This document shows positions 1-12,860 of a stretch of 64,000 nt of DNA, in pieces. Under the pieces are notes generated by a model that was not told where the DNA came from, ran no database searches, and saw only the letters and a list, made by a program, of their open reading frames with translations. The position numbers were made by a program, and so were the translations under genes. The stretch covers positions 40,362,001 to 40,426,000 of the forward strand of contig NW_026262582.1 of the NCBI RefSeq assembly GCF_021869535.1. The letters are read 5' to 3'. This stretch comes from Mytilus californianus (taxonomy: Eukaryota). Position 1 is the first letter of the stretch, and the number at the start of each line of letters is the position of its first letter.

Positions 1-193
1 CAGGATGAGCAACTTGGCAAAAAAAAAAGGTGGATGACCATTTATGTAAAAAAAGTCAGAATAAACTAATAAAAAAAAGGCAGGACCGAATAAAGTGAAA
101 AATAAAAAGGCAGGACAGAGATTACAACTAAAAAAAAAATGCAGGACAAAATTTTTCATCCTAGCTCCTCATAAAATTCAAATGGTAGCTCCC
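1..193. mobile_element. MITE end, PIF/Harbinger-like (family H), cut by the window edge
   Basis: Ends ...CAAATGGTAGCTCCC followed by TAA. The reverse complement matches 60367-60520. GGG termini with a TWA flank are typical of PIF/Harbinger MITEs (superfamily call is inference). Confidence 0.65.
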
Positions 194-644
194 TAAGTTC
201 CTGATTTGGAACAGGCATGTGTGGTGAACAGATCTTTGATTTTTCTTCTGTTAAATGTATTTACATTTTTATCACGTGATTTTTATAGACGTGGGATGAT
301 TTAGAGCTTGAGACATGTCACTTGTTGTGTGTTGCCTATTAAAAATTATTCGGTTATTTTTGTCGTTGGGTTGCTTCCAAATCTCCTTTCATTCAAGTTT
401 CTATGTTCGATATACATTTCTTGAATTACCATCATTAGAACTGTTCAGAACCAGACATTTGCAAAGATGTATCAATGCATTGGGATGGACCTTAAAACAA
501 TAGCAATCACTTAAATCGATTTAAGATTATTACAAATATCAACAAAGCATTAAAATTATCAACCCGATTAAAGCCGAAGGTCGTCCGGACAAGTTAAGCA
601 TTTTTATATATGCATTATTTGGCAGTGCCAGCTCTTTTAGACAT

Positions 645-708
645 AAGAAGTTGTGGTATGATTGCCAATGAGACAACTCATCACAAGAGACCAAATGACA
701 CAGAAATT
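645..708 (+). mobile_element. Family A repeat head fragment
   Basis: AAGAAGTTGTGGTATGATTGCCAATGAGACAACT...CCAAATGACACAGAAATT, as in 62018-62445. Confidence 0.8.
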
Positions 709-1280
709 GTTTCTGCTGCTCCTTTCAGACAACGGAGGCGAACACAACTAACTGCATACATCTTTCATCTGTATAAGATTGATCATGTCAATCAAGCTAG
801 AAATAAAAGGACGACCTGACAAGCGATTACTATAGGCTCCCTAAAAACCTAAAAAAAAAATACAAAAAAACCCAGCTCACAGAACACTATATAAAAGCAA
901 AAGATTGGTCAACACGAAGCCCACTACTGTATCATAAGTTACACTAGCCAGTAGTGAATCTCACAATGTTTTTGATAATTCTATATTTCTGTTTAAAGAT
1001 CATGCTTTTATTATGAATTGAAATAAAAATAGAAATAAATTGTTGATTAGATAGTAAGTAATTCGTATGTAAATTCGTTTCCTCATCATCTTCTCATTAT
1101 TTTGAATTCTGTTAAATTTGGTATATACTGACTGGTAAAAAAAGAGACAGAAAAGGAGCCGAAGCAAGCAAACTGTGGTAAAGTGTTAAAATAAATATCT
1201 GATAATTTCAGAAATGATGGAACTTTATATAGTCCAAGGTTTGCACTAAATCTTGAATGAACATAAAACAGGAATAGGAA

Positions 1281-1511
1281 GATTGATTGATTTATTGTTG
1301 GTGCTTAACGCCACTTTCAGCACCCTTGGACTTTTTATCGCGATTAGTTGTTATTGATGGAGGAAGCTGGAGTACCCGGATAAAACAACCGACCATCGCC
1401 AGGAAAAATGTCAGTCTAAGTCAATTAAGATCGATGTTGAACGCAATGATTCGAACTAATAACCTCATTACTGTAGATGAACTACTTTGACCACTCGGCC
1501 ACCGAGGCCCC
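1281..1511 (-). mobile_element. tRNA-derived SINE (family D)
   Basis: Minus strand starts GGGGCCTCGGTGGCCGAGTGGTC (A-box), has a B-box-like GTTCGAAT, and ends in an (AATC)n tail. Homologous copies lie at 5675-5846 and 11233-11447. Confidence 0.8.
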
Positions 1512-1770
1512 TTGAAATGGAAGATGAAATAAGCTAGATTGTGTGTATCATCAAGAATAAAAAAAAAATAGGAGAAAATTCATATCAATTTAAAAAAGAT
1601 AAAGAACAAACATGTTAAAAGTAAAAAATAAAATTTCAACATAATGAAAAAGGACACATGGGATAATTCAATAATCCTGTTTGTCATATTACCCTGATAT
1701 TAAAAAGAAGAAAACAAGTGTATATTTTACTAAAAACACACTTAATCATTTACAAAATGATGTCATTATT

Positions 1771-1955
1771 GAGCTGCTTTGGGTAAAAATCAACCTTATG
1801 CAAATAAATATCAATACATCTCTTAACCTATTTCGGGTTGAAAAAATCTGTATGCAAAGTCTGTAACTGTTTGAAGATTGAGTTGATATAAGAACCCTAC
1901 AAAACATACCGAAATTCATCTTTTTTTTTAATGTTCCAAAATCAGTCAAAGTCTA

Positions 1956-2014
<59 letters not shown>

Positions 2015-2054
2015 CGTGCACTTGCATAAGGTCGATTTCTATCCGACGCAGCTC
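1771..2054. mobile_element. MITE with ~35-bp TIRs (GAGCTGC...GCAGCTC), carrying a (TA)n tract
   Basis: TIRs are visible at both ends. The whole element is the reverse complement of 26150-26403. Confidence 0.8.
1963..2014. repeat. (TA)n microsatellite
   Basis: About 25 TA units with one G interruption at 2004. Confidence 0.95.
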
Positions 2055-2730
2055 ATATATGTATACAACAGTTTACAATACCTTACTGTTGGTTAAAAAT
2101 ATTTCTGTCCGCTCCTATTTATCCAGATAGTGATCAAAATCAAATGTATAGAGATATTATCATGACTTGTAACGTTTGTGACAATTTGGATGCTCATAAT
2201 TTCTTCAAATGATAAATATGAAGTGCGGTTTATAATAAAGTTGCATGTACTAAGCACGCAGCAAAAAAAAACTTTATAATTGCTAACCAGAATGTTAGAA
2301 ATAGAAAAAGCAGAAATAGGTTTCTATATAATGAATTATTTAGGTTTATAACAATAATAAAACGCGAAATCAACATCGGTTAATTATTTCTGGATTTAAT
2401 TCTGTAGCTGCACCCTACCGTTTTTGGCAGGATGATGGTTTAACCATTTCACGACGACCACCATAGAAGCCATATGTTAAAGCCAGAGAGATTCCGATCT
2501 GTCAACAGACAAATAAAACGCAACATTAACTAAGAATGCTATTTCTGAATATGATCTTTTATTTGTCTGCAGAAGACCGAAATTCTGTAATAAATCTTAA
2601 TTCTCTTTCAATGGTTCCTTGTGTATTCGATAGAATATTGCTTTGTACCTGGCAGAGATGCCGAGGAAAGCTGCAATGCCTTATTTTACGAGCTGAAATG
2701 AAATGCAAGGGATACAATCTTACCATCATT

Positions 2731-2988
2731 GAGGATCTGGAAGGGGTCCTTCGTTTCTGTATTTAGTTTTATTTTCTAGATCATTTTTCTATATTGTTTA
2801 TAATTTTTGCCCATTTTTCTCTATTCTTTATAATTTTTGCCCATTTTTCTCTATTCGTTATAATTTTTGGCCATTATTCTCTATTCTTTATTTTTTGTGC
2901 TTATTTTTCTCTATTCTTAATTTTGCTGGCCCATTTTTCTGCAGTATTGGTCCATTTTTCTCTATTCTGTAAACCCCACCAGACCCTC
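2731..2988 (-). mobile_element. MITE family C with internal ~30-bp tandem repeats
   Basis: Termini GAGG(G/A)TCTGG...CCAGACCCTC and internal units TTTTTCTCTATTCTTTATAATTTTTGCCCA. Confidence 0.8.
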
Positions 2989-3260
2989 ATACTTTCGACA
3001 ACACAGACAACACCCGAGCCACTGCTTGGCAGATATAGATAATAACACAGATGACAGGGATCTTGCTTATGCATATCAAAGAGCGAACAGTTACCTCTCA
3101 ATCACCAACAAGCCAAAAATGATCTAAGTCGTAAAATGTTATGATAATTTGTAAATAAGTTACCCCTAGTATCTATTTTGAAATTAATAATGTATTGGCG
3201 GGATTGCTTCCTTGCATAATAGACACGTACCCAGTCGTAAGCGTTGAGTTCGAATACTTA

Positions 3261-3332
3261 GACTTCTTTAGCTCAGTCGGTTAGAGTTATGACTTTGAAC
3301 ACAGAGGTAAAGGGTTCGAGTACAGGAAGAGA
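3261..3332 (+). pseudogene. tRNA-like relic or SINE head
   Basis: A-box TAGCTCAGTCGGTTAGAG and B-box GGTTCGAGT at tRNA spacing, but the anticodon and T stems do not pair. Confidence 0.55.
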
Positions 3333-3386
3333 CAATGTGATTTTCTAACAAGAAGCATGCAGTCTGATTACACTGTGGTCATACAT

Positions 3387-3567
3387 GAGGGTGCGGATGG
3401 GGGTTTACAGAATAGATAATAATGGACAAAAAATATAAAGAATAGAGAAAAATGGACCAAAAAATAAAGAATAGACAATAATGAGGTGTTAAAATATAAA
3501 GAATAGAGAATGATGAGAAAAAAAATATAAAGAATATAGAATTGAAGGACCCTCAATCAAGACCCTC
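3387..3567 (+). mobile_element. MITE family C
   Basis: GAGGGTGCGGATGGGGGTTTACAGAATAG...GAAGGACCCTCAATCAAGACCCTC, in opposite orientation to 2731-2988. Confidence 0.8.
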
Positions 3568-5674
3568 ACTTATGTGATTTGAAAAGAATTTGGAGAAAAC
3601 GGTATTGAGGTCTCAAATTCAGATTTCAACTTTAAAAATCTACTTTAATAGTCCATATATAGTGATCACAAGCTAGTCAGCTCTGTTATTTGTCTCTTTT
3701 CCCTCCTTTTTAATTGCTGTTTGTCTTTCTATTCTTCAGTTTTTCATTGTCTTTTTTGTAGCTCAAGAAAGGATAATACAAAGACTACAGTGGCAATAAA
3801 ATATTTATGAATATAGAATTACCTCATTATAATTCAAAACAAAACGACAAAACAGAAGATATATCTGAATAGTGAAAACATTAAAAATCTCTTAAAAATC
3901 CAATTTGAGAAATAAATTTAACAACTCAAAAATGGAGAATGAGGCAAACTAAAGTTTTTTTTTGTAATTCATTTTTATTTTATCTGAAAAAGCACCAAGC
4001 ATTGTGATACATGAATACATAGATAATTTATAATACATGTATTAATATTAATTTTTTCAATAACAGTCTAAAGTTAAAAAGTTAATAATGCTAATTTTAT
4101 ATAACAAACTAAAGTTAGAGAACGGAAAACAATTTCGGGACGGACAAGGAAAAACCTTAATGCCCCCTCCGCTACGTCGGAGGAATAATAACAAAACAAT
4201 AAATAGGAAAATAAAGAGTAAGAATATTAACTAATTAAACTTAACTTTGTACTGATAATTTTCAACTTCGAATCTTAAGTCGTGTGAATGAAATATCAAC
4301 TCATTTGACTATCAATTAACCCGTTAGTAAACATTGAAATGTTAATCTGACCTAATAAGGGGTCAGACGTTTTATCTGACAGAAAATACCCGAACTAAGA
4401 CAGGTAATTCGCGTGTGGTCCATCATTATGAGATTTATAGATGTTCATTTCGTTGGCTTTTTAACTATTAAGAACGTCTAATGTCTTCATCGCTTTGTGG
4501 GTTAAGTGAAGCGAGACACATGATCGAACATGAATGACAGTGATTAAAAGCTGATCGTAAGGTTAAGATAAACTAATTGAAGATATTTTAAACTAGAAAT
4601 ATTTCAATGGTTTGTAAATAGCAGTGTGAGATACTAATTGTGTAAAACAATCGTACAGCTCTTTCTACTGATTTCGACAGTTTGTTCTATTTTGTACTAT
4701 TACGGCACTGTCTAAGTGTGGGTGGGGGTTTGGTGCTCTCAAGCATATTTAACCATGCTACATTATTTTTGCTACTGTCCTAAGGAGTAGCATGATGGAG
4801 TTGAGCACATGCACGCCATATTAATTATGTTACCGTCTCAGGTTCTAGAAACTCCTATATTTATAGACACCAGTAATCTTATTTTACCATAACGTTGTCA
4901 GATACTTCTAGATAGATAGCAAGCTTTTTATAAAGCTAAACTTGTTTCAAAAATAAGCAATGTATTTGTTTGTGAAAATAGTTGATATGAATTTTTATAC
5001 ATGTATCAGAAAAGAAAATTTTCAAGTAATGATTTGATTTATTTCGTCAGGTTTTCAATCAAAATACATATTCGACACATTGTCACTTTATTGAGATCAT
5101 TTCAGTGTATCAAATCATCCCATTTTCAAAAACTAATTTTCTTGTAAATATTTGTTTCCTTTCACCTAGGTATAATGAACATCAAAATTCACTTTTAAAA
5201 AGATCAAACGATTATTTAATAGGGAAATATGAAAAAAGGAAAATCTAATGTATTTATGAAGTCGACCAAAATGTATGAATGGTAACTATATTGAACTATG
5301 TGCAATTGAAACAAATTGATTTACATGTAAAGTATTCAAAACATTGATAAGAACTGCTGTATCATTCACATTGCATAATTCTAATTTTATGCTTAAGTTG
5401 CATATTTCTGCAGTTACGTAAAATCGAGAGAATTGACTTTTAATTTCCTTTTCAACAGTCTAGCTTTCATAAGACCTGAAATTGTAAAGATAATAAATCT
5501 ACCCTCATCTTGTCAAACAAGCTAGTACCATTTGCAAACACCAGCGAAAAACCCCAACAAAAACAATGATTATGGATCAAAAACCCTCAAAAAGGAGATG
5601 GGCCAGGGTACTAAGGAAGTGTAAATTGTCCCTTCTCCACTTGTGGTGTTAGTTGTGATACCAAGTCAAATATC

Positions 5675-5846
5675 GATTGATTGATTTAATTGGTGACGTT
5701 TAACGACACTTTCAGCACTCTTGGCTTTATTGTTGTGGCCAACTTTAAATTGGCGGAGGAAGCCGGAGTACCAGGAGAGAACCACCGACCTTCGGCAACT
5801 GGCAATCCTAGTCAATTTGTATAGGGGTTCAAACTTCCCTCAGTGT
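5675..5846 (-). mobile_element. tRNA-derived SINE (family D), partial
   Basis: Shares TTAACGACACTTTCAGCAC and GGAGGAAGCCGGAGTACC..GAGAACCACCGACC with 1281-1511. Confidence 0.75.
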
Positions 5847-5884
5847 TAAAAATCTCTACAACATCCGATTTGAGAAATGAATTC

Positions 5885-6124
5885 AACAACTCACCATCCA
5901 AGTCACAATATATAAAAAGTTAAAAAACTATAGGTCAAAGTACGGCCTTCAACACGGAGCGTTGGCTCACACCGAACAGCAAGCTATAAAGTGCCCCAAA
6001 ATGACTAGTGTAAAACAATTCAAACAGGAAAACCAACGGTCTAATCTATATAAAAACCGAGAAACGAGAAACACCTATGGACCACACTAACAAACGACAA
6101 CCACTGAACAATAGGCTCCTGACT
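5885..6124 (+). mobile_element. Family A2 repeat
   Basis: Colinear with 18968-19272. Confidence 0.8.
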
Positions 6125-6384
6125 GTCTATTTACATTATTTTTTAAGAGTTTTTTTTTTTATTTTATGATTGCTCAAAAAGACAACATACTGCCAGTTAC
6201 CCGAGCCGAATTAGAGTTTGATATATACTATAAATATATACGCTTGTCTTTTTACTAAGACTTTGATGACCTATATATCCCTTTTGGTTGTTTAGTTGGT
6301 GTCTCATTGCCGTATATAATATTTTCCTTTATTTGAGTCTTATCAAGAGTTCAACTTACTTTTTGTTGCGCTTCTGTACTTTTC

Positions 6385-6555
6385 AGATATTTTACCAGAA
6401 GTCAATTCAGTACTGTTCAGACATTTCGCCGGAAGTCAATTCAGTGCTGTTCAGAAACTTCGCCGGAAGTCAATATAGTACTGTTCAGACATTTCGCCGG
6501 AAGTCAATTCAGTACTGTTCAGAATTTCGCCGGAAGTCAATTCAGTATTGTTCAG
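6385..6555. repeat. 34-bp tandem repeat (~5 units) containing CCGGAAGT
   Basis: Unit TTCAGTACTGTTCAGACATTTCGCCGGAAGTCAA. Confidence 0.9.
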
Positions 6556-7528
6556 TTATTTTTCAGATAATTCAGTTTTAATTTGTTTAAACAGGTAAAT
6601 ATAAACTACTGAACTTTTTGAAAACAGACTGAAAACAGACTGAACAATCTTAATTGACCGGAAGTAAAGTGTCTGAACATTACTGGATTTTTCAAAGAAG
6701 ATATGTCTTAAAATGTAGTTTTTATTCAGTATTTTTTTTATAAGATCAGTTTAAATCATAATGGCTGTTCAAGTGTTTCATTTCAAAATCTATATCCTAG
6801 TGAACAGAATATTGGGTAAAATCGTAGTTTAGATCAAAAACCAATAAAATAATGGAAAAGCAAATTATATCAAAGATGCAGCATTATTATTGCTGTTCAT
6901 CATCTAAACATAAGCTGGATGGTTTTCAACGGTGGGCCCAATATCTCATACAGAACAAGAAGATCAGAAGAATCTTCAACTTCGACTTTAGTGGAATTCT
7001 CTTTTGAATAAAGTTAAAACATGTATGGCGCGACACTTACTAAAAAGAAGATAACTCTCTATAAGTAAGTAAGGCCTTTCAATAACCTTAGAAAAAAGCA
7101 TCTTTTACACATACTACAAGTTTCAAAGCAGATGACATCTCATGTGTTCATGTTTTACAATGTTTCAGAAAGACTTCGAAATTTAATAAAATAAAAAAAA
7201 TGTTCAGTTGAATATTAAAATCTATCTTATATGAAATTCATGAAAACTAATTAACACAACCGGTGCCTGTGGTGCAGGACGATTTGCTTACACTTCCGGT
7301 AAACCCGATACCACCATAGGATTTTGGTGGTTTTTGTGTAGCTCAGTCTTTGCGTTTTCGGTGTAGTTTTTTACAGTCCTTGTTTTCCCCATCGTTTTCG
7401 TTTTGGTCATGGTGTAGTTATTCGTCGGCCTCAATTTTTCATGATTCCTCTGGTCACCTCTGTCTCTGACTTATTTAAACGATACGAATAATAGTTGAGC
7501 AATGCTATTGGTACCTCTTTAATTATAC

Positions 7529-7680
7529 ATGCATGTATTTATTGACTTTTTAGTTTTTTATGAGTCTATTAAAATGAAATACGAAACTAAACTCATTAAA
7601 TTTATGCATGTATTTATTGACTTTTTTAGTTTTTTAAGAGTTCTATTAAAATGAAATATGAAACTAAACTCATTAAATTT
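7529..7680. repeat. 75-bp tandem duplication
   Basis: ATGCATGTATTTATTGACTTTTTAG...ACTAAACTCATTAAATTT twice, starting at 7529 and 7604. Confidence 0.9.
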
Positions 7681-8456
7681 CTCAATATATCAAGTACTCT
7701 TTCTATCAGACTATTCTTTGTCTAGTTCAAAATCGGAGGTTACATTGTGCATCAAGCCCAAAATATTGTACTCTAAACCTTAATATATTTTTTTTTACTT
7801 TAATCACGTTTACTTTTTTTTCTCTTTATTCTATTTCAGATAACTTACGAAATATTAAGTCTTCAACCATTCTACCTCCAGCACAGGGGTAAAAGATTTG
7901 ACTAATAAGACCATGGATTTATTACCAAACATAAACCACTATTGACCTTAATGATTGAGACAGATCACGTAATTGATTTTTCCACATCTCTAGTCACAGA
8001 TCATACATATTTGTACCTCAAAGATTTTAATACACGATTACTCTTTAATACAGTCAGTGACGTGCCCGGAATTACCGCCCTCGTAATAGCATGTTCTTTA
8101 CGAGACGATTTAATTGTTATGACGGGAACATCAAAACGAATATACTCTTTTATAGTTTGAGTATAGACAAACACAATACCTATTTTAACAGTAATAACAA
8201 ATAGTCAAATATATTAAGATATCTTATTCACAAAAAGGGGTTATCACTTCAATAATGTCAAAAGACCAATGGTATCAGTTACCGTCTTATCTTTGATTAA
8301 TGTCACGTGATAGTTATGCCTTACATCGAGATACGAGACTTCGGTCCGATGTTTTTTAATTTTTATTATACAGTTACATTTGCTTTTGTTACAGATGTTC
8401 TCAAGTACTTAATTTAGTAGATTTACAAATGACTATGATAGTTTAAGTTATATGAA

Positions 8457-8843
8457 TATAATAGAGAATGGAAACGGGGAATGTGCCATATAGACAACAA
8501 TCCGACCAAAGAGCAGAACACAGTCCAGGAACACCAATGAGTCTTCAATGCAGCGAGAAAATCCCGCATCCGGAGGCAGGCTTCAGCTAGCCCCTAAAAC
8601 AATAATGTATACAAGTTCAGCGAATTGGACGATCCACTAAACTCCGAAACATAAACATGAACTAAAATTTAAAAAACACACAAGACAAATAAAGGCTAGA
8701 GGTTCCTGATTGGGGACGGGATTAAACATATTTTGTGAGAACTTAACCATCCGCTATACCTCTAGCCAATGTGGAATAAACAAACACACATCAAAACGCA
8801 CAATGAAACTCAGTTTAAAAGAAGTCAGAGTCCGATGTTAGAA
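8457..8843 (+). mobile_element. Family F repeat (related to family A)
   Basis: Reverse complement of 11763-12176. A truncated copy lies at 31845-32006 and a fragment at about 36560-36615. Confidence 0.8.
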
Positions 8844-9110
8844 TACATGTTATTGCGGGTTATACATTTAAAAGTCAAAAAGACAACAACCTAAACACAC
8901 AAAATATGATGAAGACACCAACTGCCTTCAACAAATAAATGTCCACATAATATAAAAAAATCACTGCTCGCTTCCAATATTGAAAAGTAAATACAATACA
9001 TTGTCAAAGACTTGCTTTCATTATTCGAGCGTCACTGACGAGAAATTAATTGTAAAAATGCGCATCTACTGTAGTAAAATTGGGACTGTTAATGGGTTTT
9101 TTTTTCAGAA

Positions 9111-9772
9111 GGATTCGTCTTTTGGTAAACTGGTTGTATAGAATTGCGGTATTATAAAGTGTTTCTCTTGTGCTGATTTTATTGCACTTTTTTATGTATT
9201 TGCTATTAATCCAGTGAAACTGATTTAAAGAAGAGGATTGAAATAATGATAAAAGTTTACCCCTCCACATATCCACGCACCTACATTTGTATCTCATATC
9301 ATCAGAATAAGGTATTTTTTTGCAGTGATATTTATGGCATTCTGAAAATTTTCCCCCTTTACACCAACATATTTAAATCTCAACATATTTGTACCAAGCA
9401 TTATATAAGGTGTGATATTTTTGACAAATTCTTAAATTACATATAATTGTCTTTTCACTACAATAAGCACGTAATGAATATCTTGTAGTGTTTCCAAGAT
9501 ATCAGCCATTTGAGGAAAATTTGGCGGGAAATTATTCTCTCTAGATTTTTCATACATTTAACATTGGCACCTTTTTTCTTTCAAAAACTATGAAAAAATA
9601 ACAAGAGTTTTTTTTAAATTTTCAAATATGGCTTTTTAAACTATATGTAATACAAAATATGAAAAGAAAAGTAGGGGTTTGTGGGCAAAATGTTTTTAAT
9701 GGCACTACATGGATAAAACCAGAGGATTTCGAATATCTGGCAAAAATTTAAAAATAAGAGGACCAAACATCC
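9111..9772. mobile_element. Non-autonomous DNA transposon, Kolobok-like
   Basis: The right end ACATCC|TTAA is identical to the terminus of 44025-44776; the left end is degenerate (GGATTCGTCTTTT). Superfamily inferred from the TTAA flank and RR termini. Confidence 0.45.
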
Positions 9773-11232
9773 TTAAGTGAGACAAACCCAACCAAAACAA
9801 GGGGAGACTCATGTGCTCGGGAAACGTTAGCATTTCCTGCTACATTAGTGATAGCCGTCGTGTTAATCTTGATAAAATAATTTGATGAGTAATATCCGGT
9901 GATAGGCATCTTGCTTTGCTGTAAGAGTTTTGTTCATTGTTGTAGGCTGTATGGTGACCTATATTTGTCAACTTTCTACTTCATTTGGTCTCTGGTGGAG
10001 ATTTGTCTTATTGGCAAACATACCACATTCTTAAATTTTTTATATAATACATCTTTTCAGTGTATCGACTGACATCTATAGCTATTTTGGAAACATTTAA
10101 TCAAAGATCGAAAATAAGGCTATGTCCCAAGTAAATAAAGCTGTAACGAATACACCATACCCACGGCATGATATTTATATTTTGTTTACTTCATTGATTT
10201 TTTACGTCTTAATCTGGATCAAATTATGCTAACATTGTAATAATAGCACTTCAAATATATTCGCCAAAGTGATGTTTTTTGGGAGGGGGTGAGGAGATGA
10301 AGAATATTTACCACAGAAACATCTAATAAACATAGACCAAAACGGGACCTCAACAATGAGCAACACCTATTCGTATAGTAAGAGCCCTGAATAACAAATT
10401 AAACTTGAAACTATTCAAGTAAAAAACGAACTGCCTGATTTAGCCAAAATGTTAACTTTATTGACTCTTATTATCCGGGTATAACCTATCTCCCCCAACG
10501 GACGTGTGTCTACCCTCAGTAGAAGTCATATGATATGCTTTTAATTCGTTTCCTATTCGTCACACGTGACTCTCACCTGCCATATACTGTACAATTTCAA
10601 ACTACGTATTTTTGCATGTTACATTACATTTGAAATAGATATGTATTTGATTGTCTCATTCCTCTGCATTTTCTTTCATTTAATGGTGCAATTTTTCACA
10701 CAATTTCTATCATTTCAAATATTTGTGTATGATTAATCGGTACGTGAATAGCACATAACTTTTAATTACGACACACGATACACAATAATGATAGAAGATT
10801 GCCCAAGTTTTGACAATCATTAAATTACCTACGATGCAGTAATTCGGAATATGTTGCGCATAGGTACCCAGCAGAGTTTTAACATTTGGATTTCAAATAT
10901 TTAAGATATCATTAGAAAATTATTTATATCGAGTGCAGATTTTTCTTTTGCAAACATTATTGGCATGATAGAATCAGAGAAAAACCAAGAATCCATAATT
11001 AATGGCATGCGCGTAATTATACATAATGTATCAAAGTTAACCAATAAAAGAAATCGAAATGTCTCGTTATTTGTAGAATCAAATATCGAACGTCACTGTA
11101 ATATTAGGAATCAAATGTTGTCATAGAAAATTCAAATATTTATATTTTTTGGTTTTTCAGGAATGATTTCGTTTAAAAATTTGTGACACAAAAGCTGGAA
11201 ACCATCATGATATGTTTGCTATTTTTTTTACG

Positions 11233-11447
11233 TTTATTGGCTCTTAACGCCACTTTCAGATACAACAGATATAAAAGAGAGGCCAGCTTTTATTTGAGGT
11301 AAAACCGGTTTAAGTGGAGAGAACCACCGAACTTGAAACCCTTGTCAATTATGGTCATAGTCGAACAAACATTGTTAAGAGAGGGGCTCGAACTCCCAAC
11401 TTTGATAGGCTAGTGATCACTCCAGATAACTACTCAGCCATCGAGGT
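11233..11447 (-). mobile_element. tRNA-derived SINE (family D), diverged
   Basis: CTTAACGCCACTTTCAG...GAGAACCACCGAAC...GGGGCTCGAACTC...ACTACTCAGCCATCGAGG. Confidence 0.65.
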
Positions 11448-11762
11448 TCTGAACCATGGTAGTGAAAACCAATATTAACAGCATTATCTTAAAAGTACTT
11501 GTCAATGAATGTATAAATTCAATTTATCATTATGTATAATTGCTTTTGTCACACTTGTGCAACTGTACATGTATTGGTTCATTTCGGTGAATCGCTATAT
11601 GCTTATGATTTACTGAGTGTATTTTGTAGGGCTTGCTACTTTCTTTTATATTACAACCGTAGTGTTGCACTTAGCATTACACTTTTGATAGAACAGTCGT
11701 GTTTAAAACTAAATTGATTTAACAATGATCTTATTACAAGAGATGGATGCATACATGCAAAA

Positions 11763-12176
11763 TTCTGACATCGGACTCGTACTCCTTTTAAACTGAGTTT
11801 TACTACATGCGTATTGCTTGTGTTTGTTTATTCTATATTAGCTAGAGGTACATGTATAGGGGAGGGTTGAGATCTCACAAAACATATTTAACCCCACCGA
11901 ATTTTTGCGCCTGTCCCAAGTCAGGAGCCTCTGGCCTTTGTTAGTCGTGTATGTTTTTTTTTTTAATTTTAGTTCATTTATATGTTACCGAGTTTAGTGT
12001 GACGTCCATTTTCACTGAACTAGTACATATTTTTGTTTAAGGGCCAGCTGAAGCCCGCCTCTGGGTGCGGGATTTTCTCGCTGGGTTGAAGACCCATTGG
12101 TGGCCTTGGGCTGTTTTCTGCTCTTTGGTCGGGTTGTTGTCTCTTTGACACATTCCCCATTTCCATTCTCAATTTT
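11763..12176 (-). mobile_element. Family F repeat
   Basis: Minus strand GAGAATGGAAATGGGGAATGTGTCAAAGAGACAAC...GGCTCCTGACTTGGGACAGGC...GAGTCCGATGTCAGAA. Confidence 0.85.
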
Positions 12177-12575
12177 ATGTACTAATTTGATTGATTGATT
12201 GTTGTTTGCCTTGCGTCAAGTGGCAAATATTTCACATATTGCATGCATGTTCAGGATGAGAATAAATTAACAATAAGTAACTTTGCGTAACCTGATCGGA
12301 CGTTGCTTCGAATTCATACATCCCACACAGCCAAAACAGACGCCCCAGTTTGCAAGGGTCTTACTGCCGGTCAGGAGAAGACCTAGAGATGACCATATTT
12401 CTATACCCTATTTACCCTTGGGGGTTTAAAAACTAAGGACTCGGAAACACGAACACCAATTTTTAAAAAAAAACAAATGTGGTCTCCGGTGCTCCAGGGA
12501 AAACAAATGGAAATTGTAATCTGTATTTGAAGAGTTTTTGCCATCAATTGTCCACAATTGGTTGACGAAATCTGA

Positions 12576-12787
12576 TACTGTGGTTTCATTATTATTCGTT
12601 GGATACCATTTTTCGTGGATTTCGTGGGTATAGGTGAACCACGAAATTAAATATACAACGAAAAATAAATTTTCTATTGGCTTGTATGCAGACTTCGGTA
12701 AAACCACGAAATCAAAAATCTGCGAACGTGAAAGTTTTCCTTAATCCACGAAAATTGGTATCCACGAAAATAAATGAATCCACAGTA
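12576..12787. mobile_element. Tc1/mariner-type MITE
   Basis: TA|CTGTGG(T/A)TTCATT...GGATACCA..TTTTCGTGGATT and its inverted counterpart ending CCACAG|TA. Confidence 0.8.
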
Positions 12788-12860
12788 ATCTATAGAACCC
12801 ATTGTCACGTGAAAAATCTGCTAATCATTCAAGACTAACATAATTTGTTCAATCTTTCCT

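Noticed and set aside
2419-2692. Two candidate minus-strand exons (2649-2692, 2419-2498; ...IGISLALTYGFYGGRREMVK...)
   Set aside because: The splice sites are plausible, but one acceptor is an arm of a 13-bp inverted repeat, no domain is recognisable, and no partner exons were found.
3261-3332. Functional tRNA gene
   Set aside because: The A and B boxes are present but the anticodon and T stems do not base-pair; kept only as a relic.
6385-6555. CRISPR-like appearance of the 34-bp array (also the 61-bp array at 62971-63277)
   Set aside because: The units are contiguous with no unique spacers, there are no cas genes, and the context is eukaryotic.
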